Assembly (NCBI RefSeq): GCF_009834535.1
Contig: NC_045696.1
Coordinates: forward strand, 93,312,001-93,376,000
DNA length: 64,000 nucleotides
Origin: Camelus ferus
Lineage: Eukaryota
Reading direction: 5' to 3'
Shown here: positions 50,739 through 62,880 of the stretch, one piece after another
Position numbering within the stretch: position 1 is the first letter of the stretch
Layout: each line of letters begins with the position of its first letter
Program-made: the position numbers and the translations under genes
Notes under the pieces: generated by a model
Seen by the model: the letters and a program-made list of their open reading frames with translations, nothing else
Told to the model about the DNA's origin: nothing
The model's database searches: none

Positions 50739-52175
50739 TTATAGAGTTATCAAATACTGGTTTTCATGGGACTAACCTTTGGAAAAGTCCCATCTACTCA
50801 AAAATAGGGAGAGATTAAACAGAATCTGTTGTAAATAACTAAAAAAATTACTTTGGTCTTCTTTGTTAAGTAATAGACTATTTTAATCCGCATTCTCTGC
50901 CTAATGAAAGCACATTCTTTGATGTTCTTCTTTTGTTATAATTTATCATCATGGTTTAGTGCAAAAATGAGATTTGGAGTGACTTTAGTGCATAAAAAGG
51001 AGATTTTGAGTGACTTTGTTGGCCATGATGATTTACAATGTGAAATAAAATACCTCCTATAAATAAATAATACACGTTTAGGAGGAGTTTACAAAAAGTC
51101 CAGTTTCCATCATGGCCAGGGAAAATAGAATGAGAAGAAAAAGCTTACCTTAGAATGAAATTATGAGATTGGGAAGATCTAAAATGAATACTTTTTAGTA
51201 ACCGAAGTCAAGTTTACATTCCTGGTCCATTAGTTAAATCTAGAAAGGAACGTGACATTCTAATATGAGGAGCTGCTTGAAGAGTTTAGACATCTAGCTT
51301 TCTTTGAGTAGATATTTAGAGAAAAGAAAATTAATGAGCATTTTCAACAGAAATTATTTTCTCAGTGACACAGAATTGAGTGGAAGAAACAAGTTCTCTG
51401 GAAAAATAGACTAGAGGAAAACAGTTGGAGTTCTTCTTATAGATGAAATGCCCTAAGGTAACCTTAATATAATATAGTTTCCTGAATGTTTCCAAATGTT
51501 ATCAACAAACAGGTCTCCACATCTTTGAACCAAAACGCACTGACTTTATTAAGGAAACTCAAAGTTGTTCCAAGCTGGCACAGCATTTTCAGGCCATGTG
51601 ACCCAATGAATTAGACTTCAGTCATCACTTTCTAAACAAACTGGAGCTGAGGTCCTTATGTGGGCAAAGTTTCCCCATCTCCATACTGAGGGCTGCTTTT
51701 GAAAGGCCCTGTGTTGGGGCCTAGGGAAGTTTTGCTTTGAGAATTACAAGAAGTGCCTTTTCCACCTTCCAATAAAATTCAAAGTTGTTATAATATGACC
51801 ACTTAGGTTTTCTATAACTGCTCTGCTTTCATAACTTATTTTGCATAGTGGTAAATAAATTCACAGTACAGCAAGATAAAAGAATGTATTATGTGTATGT
51901 AATACTGTTTGCGGGGAACCTGTCTTAGTAATTAGAGCCTCTTTAATTCCTCAGCAATGTAGTAAAGATGAGTCACTTAGATGGGCATTTCGCTGTTGCC
52001 TAATTAAGGAGCGTGCTAGTTACAAAATCATCCTGAAGGAAAAATAGTCTTGTGGTTGAGGCTTTCTAGTTAGCTAAAACACATATTGGTATTTTACTAC
52101 CACAATTGGAAAACATCTGAGAAAGTCTCTCTCAGTAATTTTAAAGTTATTATTTTTATTTCACAGGCAAATTTT

Positions 52176-52180
<5 letters not shown>

Positions 52181-52219
<39 letters not shown>

Positions 52220-52244
52220 CATATATATTTTATATATATATATA
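52181..52244 (+). repeat. (TA)n microsatellite
   Basis: Read directly from the sequence. Confidence 0.95.
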
Positions 52245-52863
52245 TGTAGCATTTAAATATGTAATATTTAAATATTTTAAAAGACCCTTGGTCTTGGAAT
52301 TAGGAGACCAGTTTAACCCTTCCTGCCTTGCCCCTCACAAAAAATCATTTTTAAGCTTGTGGCTCTTATTAGTACGTTCAGTATTTAAGAACTTCAACTA
52401 TTTTATGTATTTTAATAGCCCACATATGAGACTGTTTGATAAATGAGTTGTAGATATTTTTTCAGAGCAGAAAAATTAAGTCAGTTTTACATTAAGAAAC
52501 CGCGGAAATGTCATAAATGCCAGAAAGACAAGTTTTTTTTTAAACAAAATTTTGTTCCCACATCCTATAAGTAAAGTATTTTGAGTGTGCACAGATATAC
52601 AATGCTTTATCTACCTATGTACCACATTATAAAATATACAAATAAAAGAAGGTCAAAGTATGCACTAAAAATAAAACAGCACTTTCTCATACCTAGAGGA
52701 GTGAATGCAATCACTACCAGTGGAAACAGCGAAGAGAAATGTCAGGCAGCAGCTTCTGCTGCAGCTCTGAGAGCCCCTCGAAGGCTGGAGGGCACAGACA
52801 GCTCAGTTTTGTGGCCTAACAGGTGAAACGCGGCCTGGGGAGAGAGAGGTGCCCCACCCACCC

Positions 52864-53022
52864 ACAGGGTGACCCTCAACACTCACTCGCATCAGAATCA
52901 CTTCTGCCTGGGCTCTGGCCTCAGGGATTTGGTTTCAGTTAGTCTGGGGTGGGAGGGACTGGGCAGGGATATTTGAAGATCTTCCCAGGAGAGGTTAGTG
53001 TACAGCTAGGGTTGAGGATCAT
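52864..53022. mobile_element. MER5A-like hAT MITE
   Basis: 'gcatcagaatcac...tcagttagtctggggtggg...cttcccaggagaggttagtgtacagctagggttgaggatcatg'. Confidence 0.8.
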
Positions 53023-53434
53023 GACCTTAGTCCCAGGGAAGCTTTCCTACCCTTGTGTGGGCTCCAGCAGAAGTTCCCAGCAGGCAGCGGTGCCCAACCA
53101 GAGTGGCTGGTAGGACGGGGGAGCAGCTGAGGGGACACAGTGGAAGCAGTGGCATGACTGCAGTGTCCTGGGAAGATACTCATTTGAATCAGGAGAAGCA
53201 ACAACCATCCTTCAAGGTGATGCCCAGCAAAGGTTGTGCAGCTGAGGGTGAAGGCCCAACCGGGTTAAGATCTCTGGTAAGTCCTCAGGAGAATGTTTCC
53301 AGGGACTGAGATCCCAAGTGAGCAGGTGGGAACAAGGGCCATCTATTGTAGCTTAAATTAATGTCATTCCTATGTCATTAAGCCTGCCACAGCCTGAGGA
53401 TGCCCGGGAAACTCAGGTTACAGCATTAATATTG

Positions 53435-53670
53435 CAACAATAACCAACTTTTACAGAGAGCCTCACAACTCACAAAGCTCTTTTGTGTCTATCATGTTAC
53501 TTGATCCACACTTCAGCCCTGGGAGGTAAATGCTATTAGTTCCATTTTGTAAAGGAAAATAATGAAGTTCAGAAATGTTAAATATTTGCCTGAGGTCATA
53601 AATATTGAAGGGCAGGGCCACAACACCAACTTAGTTCTCCCAGCTCTCAACCTTTTTTCCTTTTTTTCCC
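53435..53670 (-). mobile_element. MIR SINE
   Basis: 'ccctgggaggtaaatgctattagttccattttgtaaaggaaaataatgaagttcagaaatgttaaatatttgcctgaggtcata'. Confidence 0.85.
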
Positions 53671-54179
53671 ATACCTTGAACTGGTAGTAAGTGCTTGGTG
53701 ATACACAGATGAGGACTCCTACGAATCTGTGTGGTTATTGATTTGTTAAGCAATGGGGTAAATCTCTCTCGGGGCTTACTGTTTTTGCTCTCCACCATAG
53801 CCAGAGCTAATATTCAGCCATACCAGTTGTTAAAATGTCGAAAGGCCTCTGGCTTATTTAGTAAGTAGCTGATCCTTCTACCACCACAACCCCTGCCACC
53901 CCAGGCCTTCCCCTGGACTCCGTGATACCTCCCAGTGATCCAACAACTAAGGGGTTCATTCCTGGCACAGCAAGGGCATTCCTAACCACCCCCTCCCACC
54001 CTATTCTGTTCCATGTTGAAAACCAGGCTGAGCGCCCAGGCTATTAAGTCTATGGTTGTTACCCATTAGAAATATTACCCTTCCTCACAGGCATTCAAAA
54101 ATCCAGGTGTTCTACAAATTAATTTCATTGATAATAATAGGGCATTGAGAATGGATCAGCAAAGTGTTGATTCATCCAT

Positions 54180-55378
54180 TTATCCAACAAACCACTCAGT
54201 GATCAAGTTCTTTGGATTATGTTCTTAATATGTCTCCTCTCTGTCTCCATCTCTACTCCAACCAGCACCACTGTAACTCAGATTTTTTCACCGCCCGTCA
54301 CTTCGATCTTGCTATCTAGTCTCTGTTCCTTATCTAACCCCCTCCAGTTTTTTCTCACATGGCCCCCAGACCTTTAGCTGTAAAGTTCAGATCTGATGAT
54401 GTCCCTACTATTTTAGACTTTATCAAACGGTTGCCCTTTATTGATAGGATTTTTTCCCCTAAACTTTGAGCTGTAATTAATTAATTATTAATTGAGGTGT
54501 AATTAACATATAACATTGTGTAAATTTAAGGTGTATAGTGTGATGATTCGATATACACATGTATTACAAAATGATTACCACAATAGGGTTAGTTAACATA
54601 CCCATTGCCTCACCTGATTACCCTTTTTTTTTTCTGGTGAGAACATTTAAGATCATCTCTTCAAGCAACTTTCAAGTACACAATAGAGTATTGTAAACTA
54701 TAGTCATCATGCTGTACATTAGGCCCCTAGAACTTAACCATCTTATAATGGGAATTTTGTACCCTTTGATAAAGATGTCCCCACTTCTCTGACCCCCTAG
54801 CCCCTGGTAACCACCATTCTACTCTCTATTTCTGAGTCCATAGGGTTTTGTTTAAACTTCTGACCTGGGATACAAGGCTCTCTACTCTAGTTCATGCTTT
54901 CCTCTTCAGTTTGATAGCTCACTGAACACAATTCTTCTTGTATGTGATGCTCACATCACAACAAAATAACCCAAGTTCTCCAAATGTTCCAGACACTGTT
55001 TCCCACCACCGTGCCCCGACTCATGGACTCCCCTCCATGGGCCCCACAACCTATACTTCCCAATGAATACCACCGTTTTTCTCTAGGTTTAACTCAAGCT
55101 TCTCCTTCTGCATTGCCCAGCATCCTGACTTCTCGTGGCCCCAGCCAGGTGTCAGCCCTTCCCTCCTCTATGAACCCAGTGTATTCCATATATACCTCCA
55201 CCATAGCACCTACAAATCTTTCTTACATTTATTGTTTTGGTGGCTCTCTCTTCCTCTTAAACTTTATAAAGCTCTTTGAGAGTATGCAACACGTCTTATC
55301 AGTCTTACCACCAGCACCTAAAACAGTGTCTGACAAAGTATTTAATAAGTGCTTACCAAATAAATACCTTAATTCATT
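54180..55378 (+). mobile_element. L2, interrupted by an L1 at about 54470-54838
   Basis: 'ttcagatctgatgatgtccctac' before the L1. After it, 'taaagctctttgagagtatg...ccagcacctaaaacagtgtctgac...tttaataagtgctt'. Confidence 0.75.
54470..54838 (-). mobile_element. L1MA9-like 3' end
   Basis: 'aattgaggtgtaattaacatataacattgtgtaaatttaaggtgt...agcccctggtaaccaccattctactctctatttctgagt'. Confidence 0.92.
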
Positions 55379-57454
55379 TACCCTCGATATAATTCAGGGG
55401 CTTTCACTCAGATGTAGTTTAGAGCTTCTGAATTAAAAAAAAAAAATCAGGTTAAAAGATCTGATGAAAGATTTTTTTAAGCTTCTGTTTCAAATCTATG
55501 ATAGTATCTATAAATGTCAGCTGACAGACACTGCAAAATGTCTTTCAAAGCAGTAGGAGTCCTGAATCCAAAAGCATATGCCAACTACAAAACTATAAAT
55601 AAGTATCTGCATATTGCAATTTATAGTTTATTTGGAGCTGAATAATCTCTACAAGAATGGAGACATCATTTTCAATCAGTAAAGTACTAACACCAAGTTC
55701 TGGCAATTTTCTTTCTTGTGTAGAGAAAGATTTTAAGCATTATTTGGATACTTAAATAGTTAAAAACACATTTCAGCCATTATTTCGGTATAAGCCTGTG
55801 TCATAACTGGCCTAATATTTATTTATTTCTTTTTTTCCCCCCAAAATCTAGTCTGTAAGGACAACTGCCAAATGGAATTTGAAAATGAGTTCTATCCACC
55901 AAGATTCCATGAAAAGCCGCACAGTAAGAGGAACAAAGGGAAAGATAAAAACATTTTCCTACTTCTTTACATGAGGTAAGGAAGTCCCATTTTAGAAATG
56001 AAAAAGAAAAAAACACTAAATTTATAAATGCTTGGCTAAACATATAAGTCATAAGCATTTTATAGTTTGTTTTTTAATACTCTTAATTGCTAAGATGTAA
56101 ACTAAGGGACATTTCAAGTCTCTTCATTATTTATCCTGTCTTATAACCTTGAAGGAAACAGACTGTCCCAAAGCATGAGCCATTTTTAAGTGAGCTAATA
56201 TGTGTGGAATCTTTTCCCTAATGGATTACAGGGTTAAGGGCAATGTTCCAGGTTGCTTTTGAAGAAGATGGGATAAGCATTTCTGGTATCTTATCCACAG
56301 TATAAGGAATCAAGATGTGTTCATTTCTAACCCTTCCATTGTATGCACGGAAATGATCATATAACTTCTCTTAACCTCACAGTGCGAGCAAGGAATTATA
56401 TGCCAAGTCATGTGTAAGGCCACATGTACATATAAACACACCTGAAGTTTGACAGTATAATATGGCTTTTAATGTCTTGTCAGAACAAGAAAGAAGCACT
56501 GAATAAGAATAAATTAAAAATAAATATGTATTTACTTTTTAAACTAAAAAGCATAACCTTATTTTCTATAAAGTCTTAGAAACCCCACATAATTTCAAGG
56601 ACTGTAGAATGGTATACCCTTCCCTGTACTGTGTTACTTAGATGAACAAGATAATTGGTGAGGTTAGGGAAGGGAAGAGCAGAGGGCCAGAACTTTTATT
56701 GTTTGCCAGCAGGGAGATGCCAGGGGTAAAGTGAGTTCAGAGGGAGTTTTGTTAAGAACTTGGGCAAAGTAAGGGTGTATTTAGTTTACTGGATTCTCAT
56801 GTTTGATATTTTGACTGTATCTCCTGTACTAATTTCTGTATCAGCTCAAGGCTGACCCCCAAATCATCTGGTTGGTACTTTGGTTTCAGAAACCCTCCAA
56901 TGAAGCCTAGAACTTCTGAATTTAAAAAAAAAATCTGGTTAAAAGATCTCACCAAAGGCCTTTTCCTACTTTGTGACTTGATTTATATAGTACATTGGAA
57001 TTAAATCGTATCTATTCATAATCTGCTGAGCAACTACCAATTAGAGGGACTAAAGTTATATGACATTGGGACTATTTTGAAAATTCCATGATGTATTCAA
57101 GGATATCTTTTTTCAATTATTTTTTTGATCCTTTGAAAAATCCTTTCTAGGCTTTAGATTATTTTGTTGCTGGTTTTCTCCCCATCTCATAAAATATGAA
57201 GATCCTCTTTCCCATTAGAGTTTGGTAATAGCAGATGGGTTAAGAGGCAACAGTTTATCCACTTCCCCTACTGTTGAAACTTTATTGAAAATACTGACAT
57301 CCTTTGGTATGAGAGGGGAAATTACTGCAAGAGCCACAAATTATAATACCTATTCAGTTTCAATTTAAAAATACTTAAAGCACAGAACAGTTTTCTACTA
57401 GCAATTCTATTAACTCCAACTATACTGTGTATCTCAGATGGTGTTTTCCAGATA

Positions 57455-57670
57455 TACAGTAGGTTGGGCAAATCACAGGGCCAGGAGTCTCAGTTCTGAT
57501 TCTGATACTTGCTTGAATGCTGTGTGATCCTGGGTAACCTCTCTTAGCCTTAGTTTTCTCATTTGCAAAACAGGAGTAATAGTACACATCCAGTTTCCCT
57601 GTGTAACACACATGCTGTTGAGAGGGTCACTTGAGCTGAGGCATATGAATGCACTTTGATAGCTGAGAAT
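57455..57670 (+). mobile_element. MIR SINE
   Basis: 'gctgtgtgatcctgggtaacctctcttagccttagttttctcatttgcaaaacaggagtaatagtac'. Confidence 0.82.
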
Positions 57671-58753
57671 ATTGCAGTTCCACTGATGAACAAGCAGGAG
57701 GCATCGTCCAGTGCCTGGCTGAAACATGGTGTCTACATCCTTGCCTCCTCAGCTCACAGCATCTTGTAGCGTTTGAGTCAGAAGCTGTTTTTATCCATGT
57801 TCTTTCAACAAGGTTATAGCTTCCTTCCAGCCTCTCACTTCTAGGAGCAAGTATTTCTGTTGCCTTCTTGCATGTTGTCCGTCTGCATGGTCTTGGCTAA
57901 ACTCTTGGCTGCAGTTGCCTGCTTCTGGCTCTGTTCCTGCTCCTTGTTTTGCATTTCTGTCCAATAAAAATGGTTACCTTGCTTCTGAGGTGGGTTATAG
58001 TTTTTCGGTCTCTGTTACAAATCTATGTATGTATTTGCAGTAGAGAAGACGCATCAAAGCTTGAACTTACATAGACAGCGTGACTAGAAAGTTTCGTTGG
58101 TACAAGTGTTTTATAAACTGTCAAGTTCAATCAGATATAAGAGATGATATTGATGTGTTTAAAAGAGAAAATCTAAGGTTCATCTTTTTCTGAACTCCAC
58201 CTGGCATCACTGAGAATATATGATAGTTCAATGATCGAGTCACTGATCAAGTCAATGATCAAAAAAGCAAGGCTGCCAATTAAACTATACACAATGTCTG
58301 TATATCACTTAGATTTTTTATTTTATATTTACTGCAAGAGCTCTTTTTGACTTTTAACATAATTTATAAAAAATCATAGAGATCCCTCTTCTTACATATA
58401 AGAGGAAAATACTAATGTACTAAATTAAGGAAGGTATTTCTTAAACTTCTTCATGTTCAGAGTGCAATACTTCTGACTCACTCTTCAGCTTAGTGTTGTT
58501 GATGTCTGTGTTCCCCACACGAGACTGTGGAAGATTGTGGTTTTCCACATAGTATTGCCCAATACAAAGTGCTCTACACTTCTATCAAAAGTGTTGAGGA
58601 CAAAATATTTTGTAAAAAAGATTTCTCCAATATAATTAGGAGGGTTTTTCCTGACAAACTACTGACCTTACTCTACAGTGTCAATGGATAGTTGCATGTA
58701 TTTCAGAAAAAAAAAATTATAACTTTTTTTATACTTGTTTCAACCTCTCCTAG

Positions 58754-58802
58754 ATCCTATAAAGCACTTGAAAATAATGGAATTGCGATTATCCCTTCAA
58801 AG
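58754..58802 (+). other. Candidate 49-nt internal exon
   Basis: Branch-like 'ttataac', an AG-free pyrimidine tract 'ttttttatacttgtttcaacctctcctag|' and a consensus donor 'AAG|gtgagt'. Two frames are open. Confidence 0.3.
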
Positions 58803-59399
58803 GTGAGTATCTGCTTCTTCAGTATCAAATGTATACCAGACTGCTCTGTTTCAATGCCTTCCTGCAGATACAGTAATCTCTTTCTCTTAATGCTGAGTTA
58901 TACTGTAATCTTTTAATAGACATTTAATAAAGCTGTTAAACTCAATGCAGAGAGTATTAACCAGGCATTTAATTCAATGATGGGAATTTGAAAGCTCAGA
59001 AAAGACTGAGCTCTAGAATGTTTAGGCAAAGTCTGGCCGACTGTGACTGTGATTTACAAACTCAGATTGTACAAATACATCCTAATATAAGAGATGCTAA
59101 AATGTGAAGGAAAAAAATGTGTCTTTAAATTGATGAAATTATGGTAATTTGGATTTAATGACTTTTAAGAAAGAGCTATCATTTTATGAGAATAATTTAG
59201 AAACACATAGGTTCATGATTAATATTTATTCCCAGGAGAAGTATTAAGCTTATTTAATGCATCTAAATTATATTCATTGAATTTAAAGGAGTATCTGTAT
59301 GGAGACTGTAGAATCCCATTCACTCATTCAATTAGCCTACTACAGAGTTTACTAAATATCTAAGTGATTTAATTTATTGAACCACTTACTCCAAAGACA

Positions 59400-59595
59400 A
59401 AGTGTATCTAGTATTTCCTAACAACACTCAGCACTTAACGTGTGTAAGGCATTACTCACAGCAACCTTTTAAATTGGGTAAATATTAGTTTCCCCATCTG
59501 CAAGGCTAGGCAATAAGGGCAAGAGAAATTAGTAAGTTGTAGGGCCAGCACTCAAACCTATATGTCTGGCCCAGGAGTCCGAAGTCTCCACTGTT
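59400..59595 (-). mobile_element. MIR SINE
   Basis: 'ctcacagcaaccttttaaattgggtaaatattagtttccccat...actcaaacctatatgtctggcccaggagtccgaagtctccactg'. Confidence 0.65.
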
Positions 59596-59932
59596 AACTT
59601 ATGCTATGCTGCTTTTCAACAAGTGAAGTTATTTTGGCTACGTTTCTGGTTTTCAAAAGATCCCATAGTTGATTAAAGAAATAACTCCCTAAAACTTTCC
59701 AGATCATGAAAGCACACAATAGGGGAAAAAACAACAATTCTGAATTTAAACAAACAAACCAACTGGGCTGGTCAAGGTCTTGAGTATGAGTGGAACCAGC
59801 TGAGGAAAATGTGGCCCAATCAGAGCCTTTATCAAGTCTTGGTAATAAATGCCCTTGGCAAACAAACACAATCAGAACAAAAATTACTTTCCAGTACCAC
59901 TGACAGGAACAAATATTGGCAGGGCCTATGGA

Positions 59933-60076
59933 AATGTGGTGACTAGTAATTATTCAATTGAAGGGGAATATAAACTGGGACTTACATAGACTTTGGATGC
60001 CAAACAAAACTATTACAATGAAATTCTAGGAGACCAAGTGTAAACCGGAACTGACTAGGTTACAGCGTTACCCTAC
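59933..60076. mobile_element. hAT-Blackjack MITE (MER81/MER94-like)
   Basis: Termini 'ggtgactag...' and '...gttaccct', with internal 'ataaactgggac' and 'taaaccggaactg'. Confidence 0.5.
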
Positions 60077-60710
60077 CATTGTGTACACAAAGGTGAAACT
60101 GAATCACCAAGGAGGACAAAGCAAGTAATGATGCCAGCTATTTCTCAGAATGAAATCCTAATAAATACATTGAAGTAGATGCATTACCTCTCACTAGAGG
60201 ATTTAAATAGATTCTTCCTTACCCAAAATATGGAACATAAAAATATCCACTGGCCAAATATGAATGAATCTTAGACTTTTCTGAAGACCTTTATTTAAGA
60301 AATACAATGTATAACTACTTAAACAACCGGGATTTACATGTGATAAAAGGATGCAGTTACCTTTTATAGAGAATTTAATTTCCCACGAGTTAAATGACTT
60401 TCCAGATCACTGTCTGATTAAGCGGTTGGATTCTAAAAAACTTGAAAGCAAAGTGTAGGTAATGGCCAAGTAAAGATGAATACAATTAGTGAAAAGAAAA
60501 ATAATATTTGGAATGATGACATAAATCAATTCCAAAGATTTTCTTTTACCAAATTGTTTAAACTAAAACACACCTTTTCCACTTATATCAGTACTGCTTT
60601 TTAAAAATCTTTGTACCATTTAGGAAAAAACCACACCATGGTATATTAAAAGACAATCCATTCTGGCTGGAAGGTAAAATTACATCTTTGATTTGTATTT
60701 AAAAACATTT

Positions 60711-60990
60711 GGTGCTCAAAAGACACAAACTTCCAGTTACAATTAAGTCTGGGGGGTGTAATGTACAACATGATGACTATAGTTAACAATAATGTGTGGT
60801 ATGTTTGAATGTTGCTAAGACAGTAATTTTAAACATTTTCATTGCTAGAAAAAACTATTTGTAACTGTGTGGTGATGGACGTAAATGAAATTTATTGTGG
60901 ATCATTTCACAATATACATATATATCAAATTATTATGTGGTACACCTAAAGTAATACAATGTTATATATCAACTATATATCAAATAAAAA
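60711..60990 (+). mobile_element. L1MA8/9-like 3' end
   Basis: 'acaaacttccagtta...aatgtacaacatgatgactatagttaacaata...gtacacctaaagtaatacaatgttatatatcaactatatatcaaataaaaa'. Likely TSD aaaaacattt (60701-60710) / aaaaatattt (60986-60995). Confidence 0.92.
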
Positions 60991-61172
60991 TATTTTTCTA
61001 AAAAGTGAAACTCCAAAGGATGAAAATTTTACAAAAAGTATATTATTATATTCATATACATATTATGTAGCGTATTTAAATCTATAAAATTAAGACATGT
61101 TTTATTAGTTTTTGAAACATGGATTTGCCCAGGAGTTCTCACTTGGTTAGTGTGTCAGGGTGAGTTCCACCC

Positions 61173-61262
61173 TGTGATGATTAATTTTATGTGTTGAAAT
61201 GTCTGGGCTGAGGTGTCAGATATTTGGACAAACACTATTCCAGATATTTCTATGAAGGTGTT
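61173..61262 (+). mobile_element. MLT2 (ERVL) LTR 5' end, truncated
   Basis: 'tgtgatgattaattttatgtgttgaa...ctgggct...cagatatttggacaaacactattccagatatttctatgaaggtgttttt'. Confidence 0.85.
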
Positions 61263-61750
61263 TTTTTATTTTTGTTTTTTTTTTTAATTGAAGCAGAGTT
61301 GATTCACAACATTATATTTGTTTCAGGAGTACAATATAATGAATCAATATTTTTATAGATTATATTCCATTTAAAGTTATTATAAAATATTAGCTGTATT
61401 TCCTGTGCTGTACTATTACATCCTTGTATCTTATTTATTTTATACCTAGTAGTTTGTACCTTTGAATCCCCTCCCCCTGTCTTCCCCCTACTCCCATCCC
61501 TCTCTCTGCTGGTAACCACCACTAGTTTGTTCTCTATGTCTGTGAGTCTATTTCTGTTTTGTTGTATTTGTTTGTTTATTTTCTAGATTCCACAGATAGG
61601 TGAAAATATATAGTATTTGTCTTTCCCTGTTTGACTTATTTCACTAAGTATAATATCCTCCAGGTCCATCCATATATATACCACATCTTCTTTACTCATT
61701 GATCTTTTGATGGACACTTATGTTGCTTTCACACATTGGCAACTGTAATA
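61263..61750 (-). mobile_element. L1 3' end, cetartiodactyl type
   Basis: Poly(T), then 'aattgaagcagagttgattcacaacattatatttgtttcaggagtacaa...agattccacagataggtgaaaatatatagtatttgtctttc'. Confidence 0.93.
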
Positions 61751-61849
61751 ACATTAGACTCAAAAGCCCAAATTCCAATAAGACAACAGGAAAGGTGACA
61801 TCTGCATACATAGTGGATTGTGTTATCAGAAATCTTGAGCTTAGAGAAA

Positions 61850-62011
61850 GCTTCTATAATGGGAACTAAGCATGCTAGATTTTTACTCTGGTGGGAAACA
61901 GTATTCCTATCTTCTAAGACTGCTCTACAAATATCCTTGAAATGATAATCCAGAACCAAGGCTCAAAGGGTGCACAGAATCACGAGACCTATGGAGAACT
62001 GTCTTCAATAC
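61850..62011 (-). mobile_element. ERV1 LTR fragment (MER34-like)
   Basis: Terminus 'gagacctatggagaactgtcttcaataca'. Confidence 0.6.
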
Positions 62012-62129
62012 AAGGAAATACTGGTTTGGGATTTCTCCTTTGAAATAAAGTCTTACAGAATAAATAGGCAAATCAATGGAACAGAAATAGATTTTTTCTT
62101 AAATAAGGATATAATTGATTTTACTGCCT

Positions 62130-62880
62130 GAACTAAAAATTTTATTTGCTATTGATTCTGCAATGCAATTCTGACACTGACTACCCAGAATTAGCGCAGA
62201 CTTCACAGGTTAAAGGTACAGTTCTCCACAAGACCCCCTCACTTCAGACACTAGCCACAGGCTCCAGAGTTCTTAGATGACCCACATCTCTGTTCAGCCA
62301 CAAACTCACAGGTTGCCACTATGCCTTCAGGTTCCATAACTCTGCAGAATGACTCACAGAACTCACAGGAAAGCACTATACTTAGGATTACAGCTTCATT
62401 ATAAAGGATACAAATGAGGACCAACCAAAGAGAAAGATACATAGGATGAGGTCTGGGAGAGTCCTAAACATGAAGCTTCTGCGCCTTTAGAATGTGCCAT
62501 TCTTATGGCACATCAGTATATGATAACCAGCCATGGGAGCTCACTCAAGATTCAGGTTTCCACTTAAACTGGGCTTTCATTACATGGGAATGGTTGATCA
62601 AATCATTGGCCACTTCTCCCCTTCTATGGGGTTGGGGGATTGACTTGATAATCATGTGGTTTAAGTCTCAATCCTCTAACATACTTGGTATTTCTGGCAT
62701 GACCTGCTCCCATCCTGAAGTTAACTTGGGGTCCTCCATAGGTTGCCATATTAGCATAACTCAGACATGGTTGATGGGTCCACCATGAATAACAAAGGCA
62801 TTCCTATCACTCAGGAAATTCCAATGATTGAGAGGCTCCTTCTCAGGAACCAAGATTAGAAAATCCTTTATTGTCTAACA
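62130..62880 (-). mobile_element. MER21-like LTR
   Basis: 'caattctgacactgactacccagaattagcgcagacttcacaggttaaagg...ctcacagaactcacaggaaagcactatactt...aacaaaggcattcctatcactcaggaaattccaa'. Confidence 0.88.

Noticed and set aside
52730..53330. GC-richer segment as a CpG-island promoter
   Set aside because: Few CpGs, and part of it is a MER5A element.
55852..55975. Plus-strand candidate exon ending GAG|gtaagg (similar case near 48335-48410)
   Set aside because: The donor is good but the acceptor is weak and the translation is unrecognisable.
57841..57954. Minus-strand 37-codon ORF MQNKEQEQSQKQATAAK...
   Set aside because: Coding-like composition, but very short, with no known homolog and no poly(A)/TSD to suggest a processed pseudogene.
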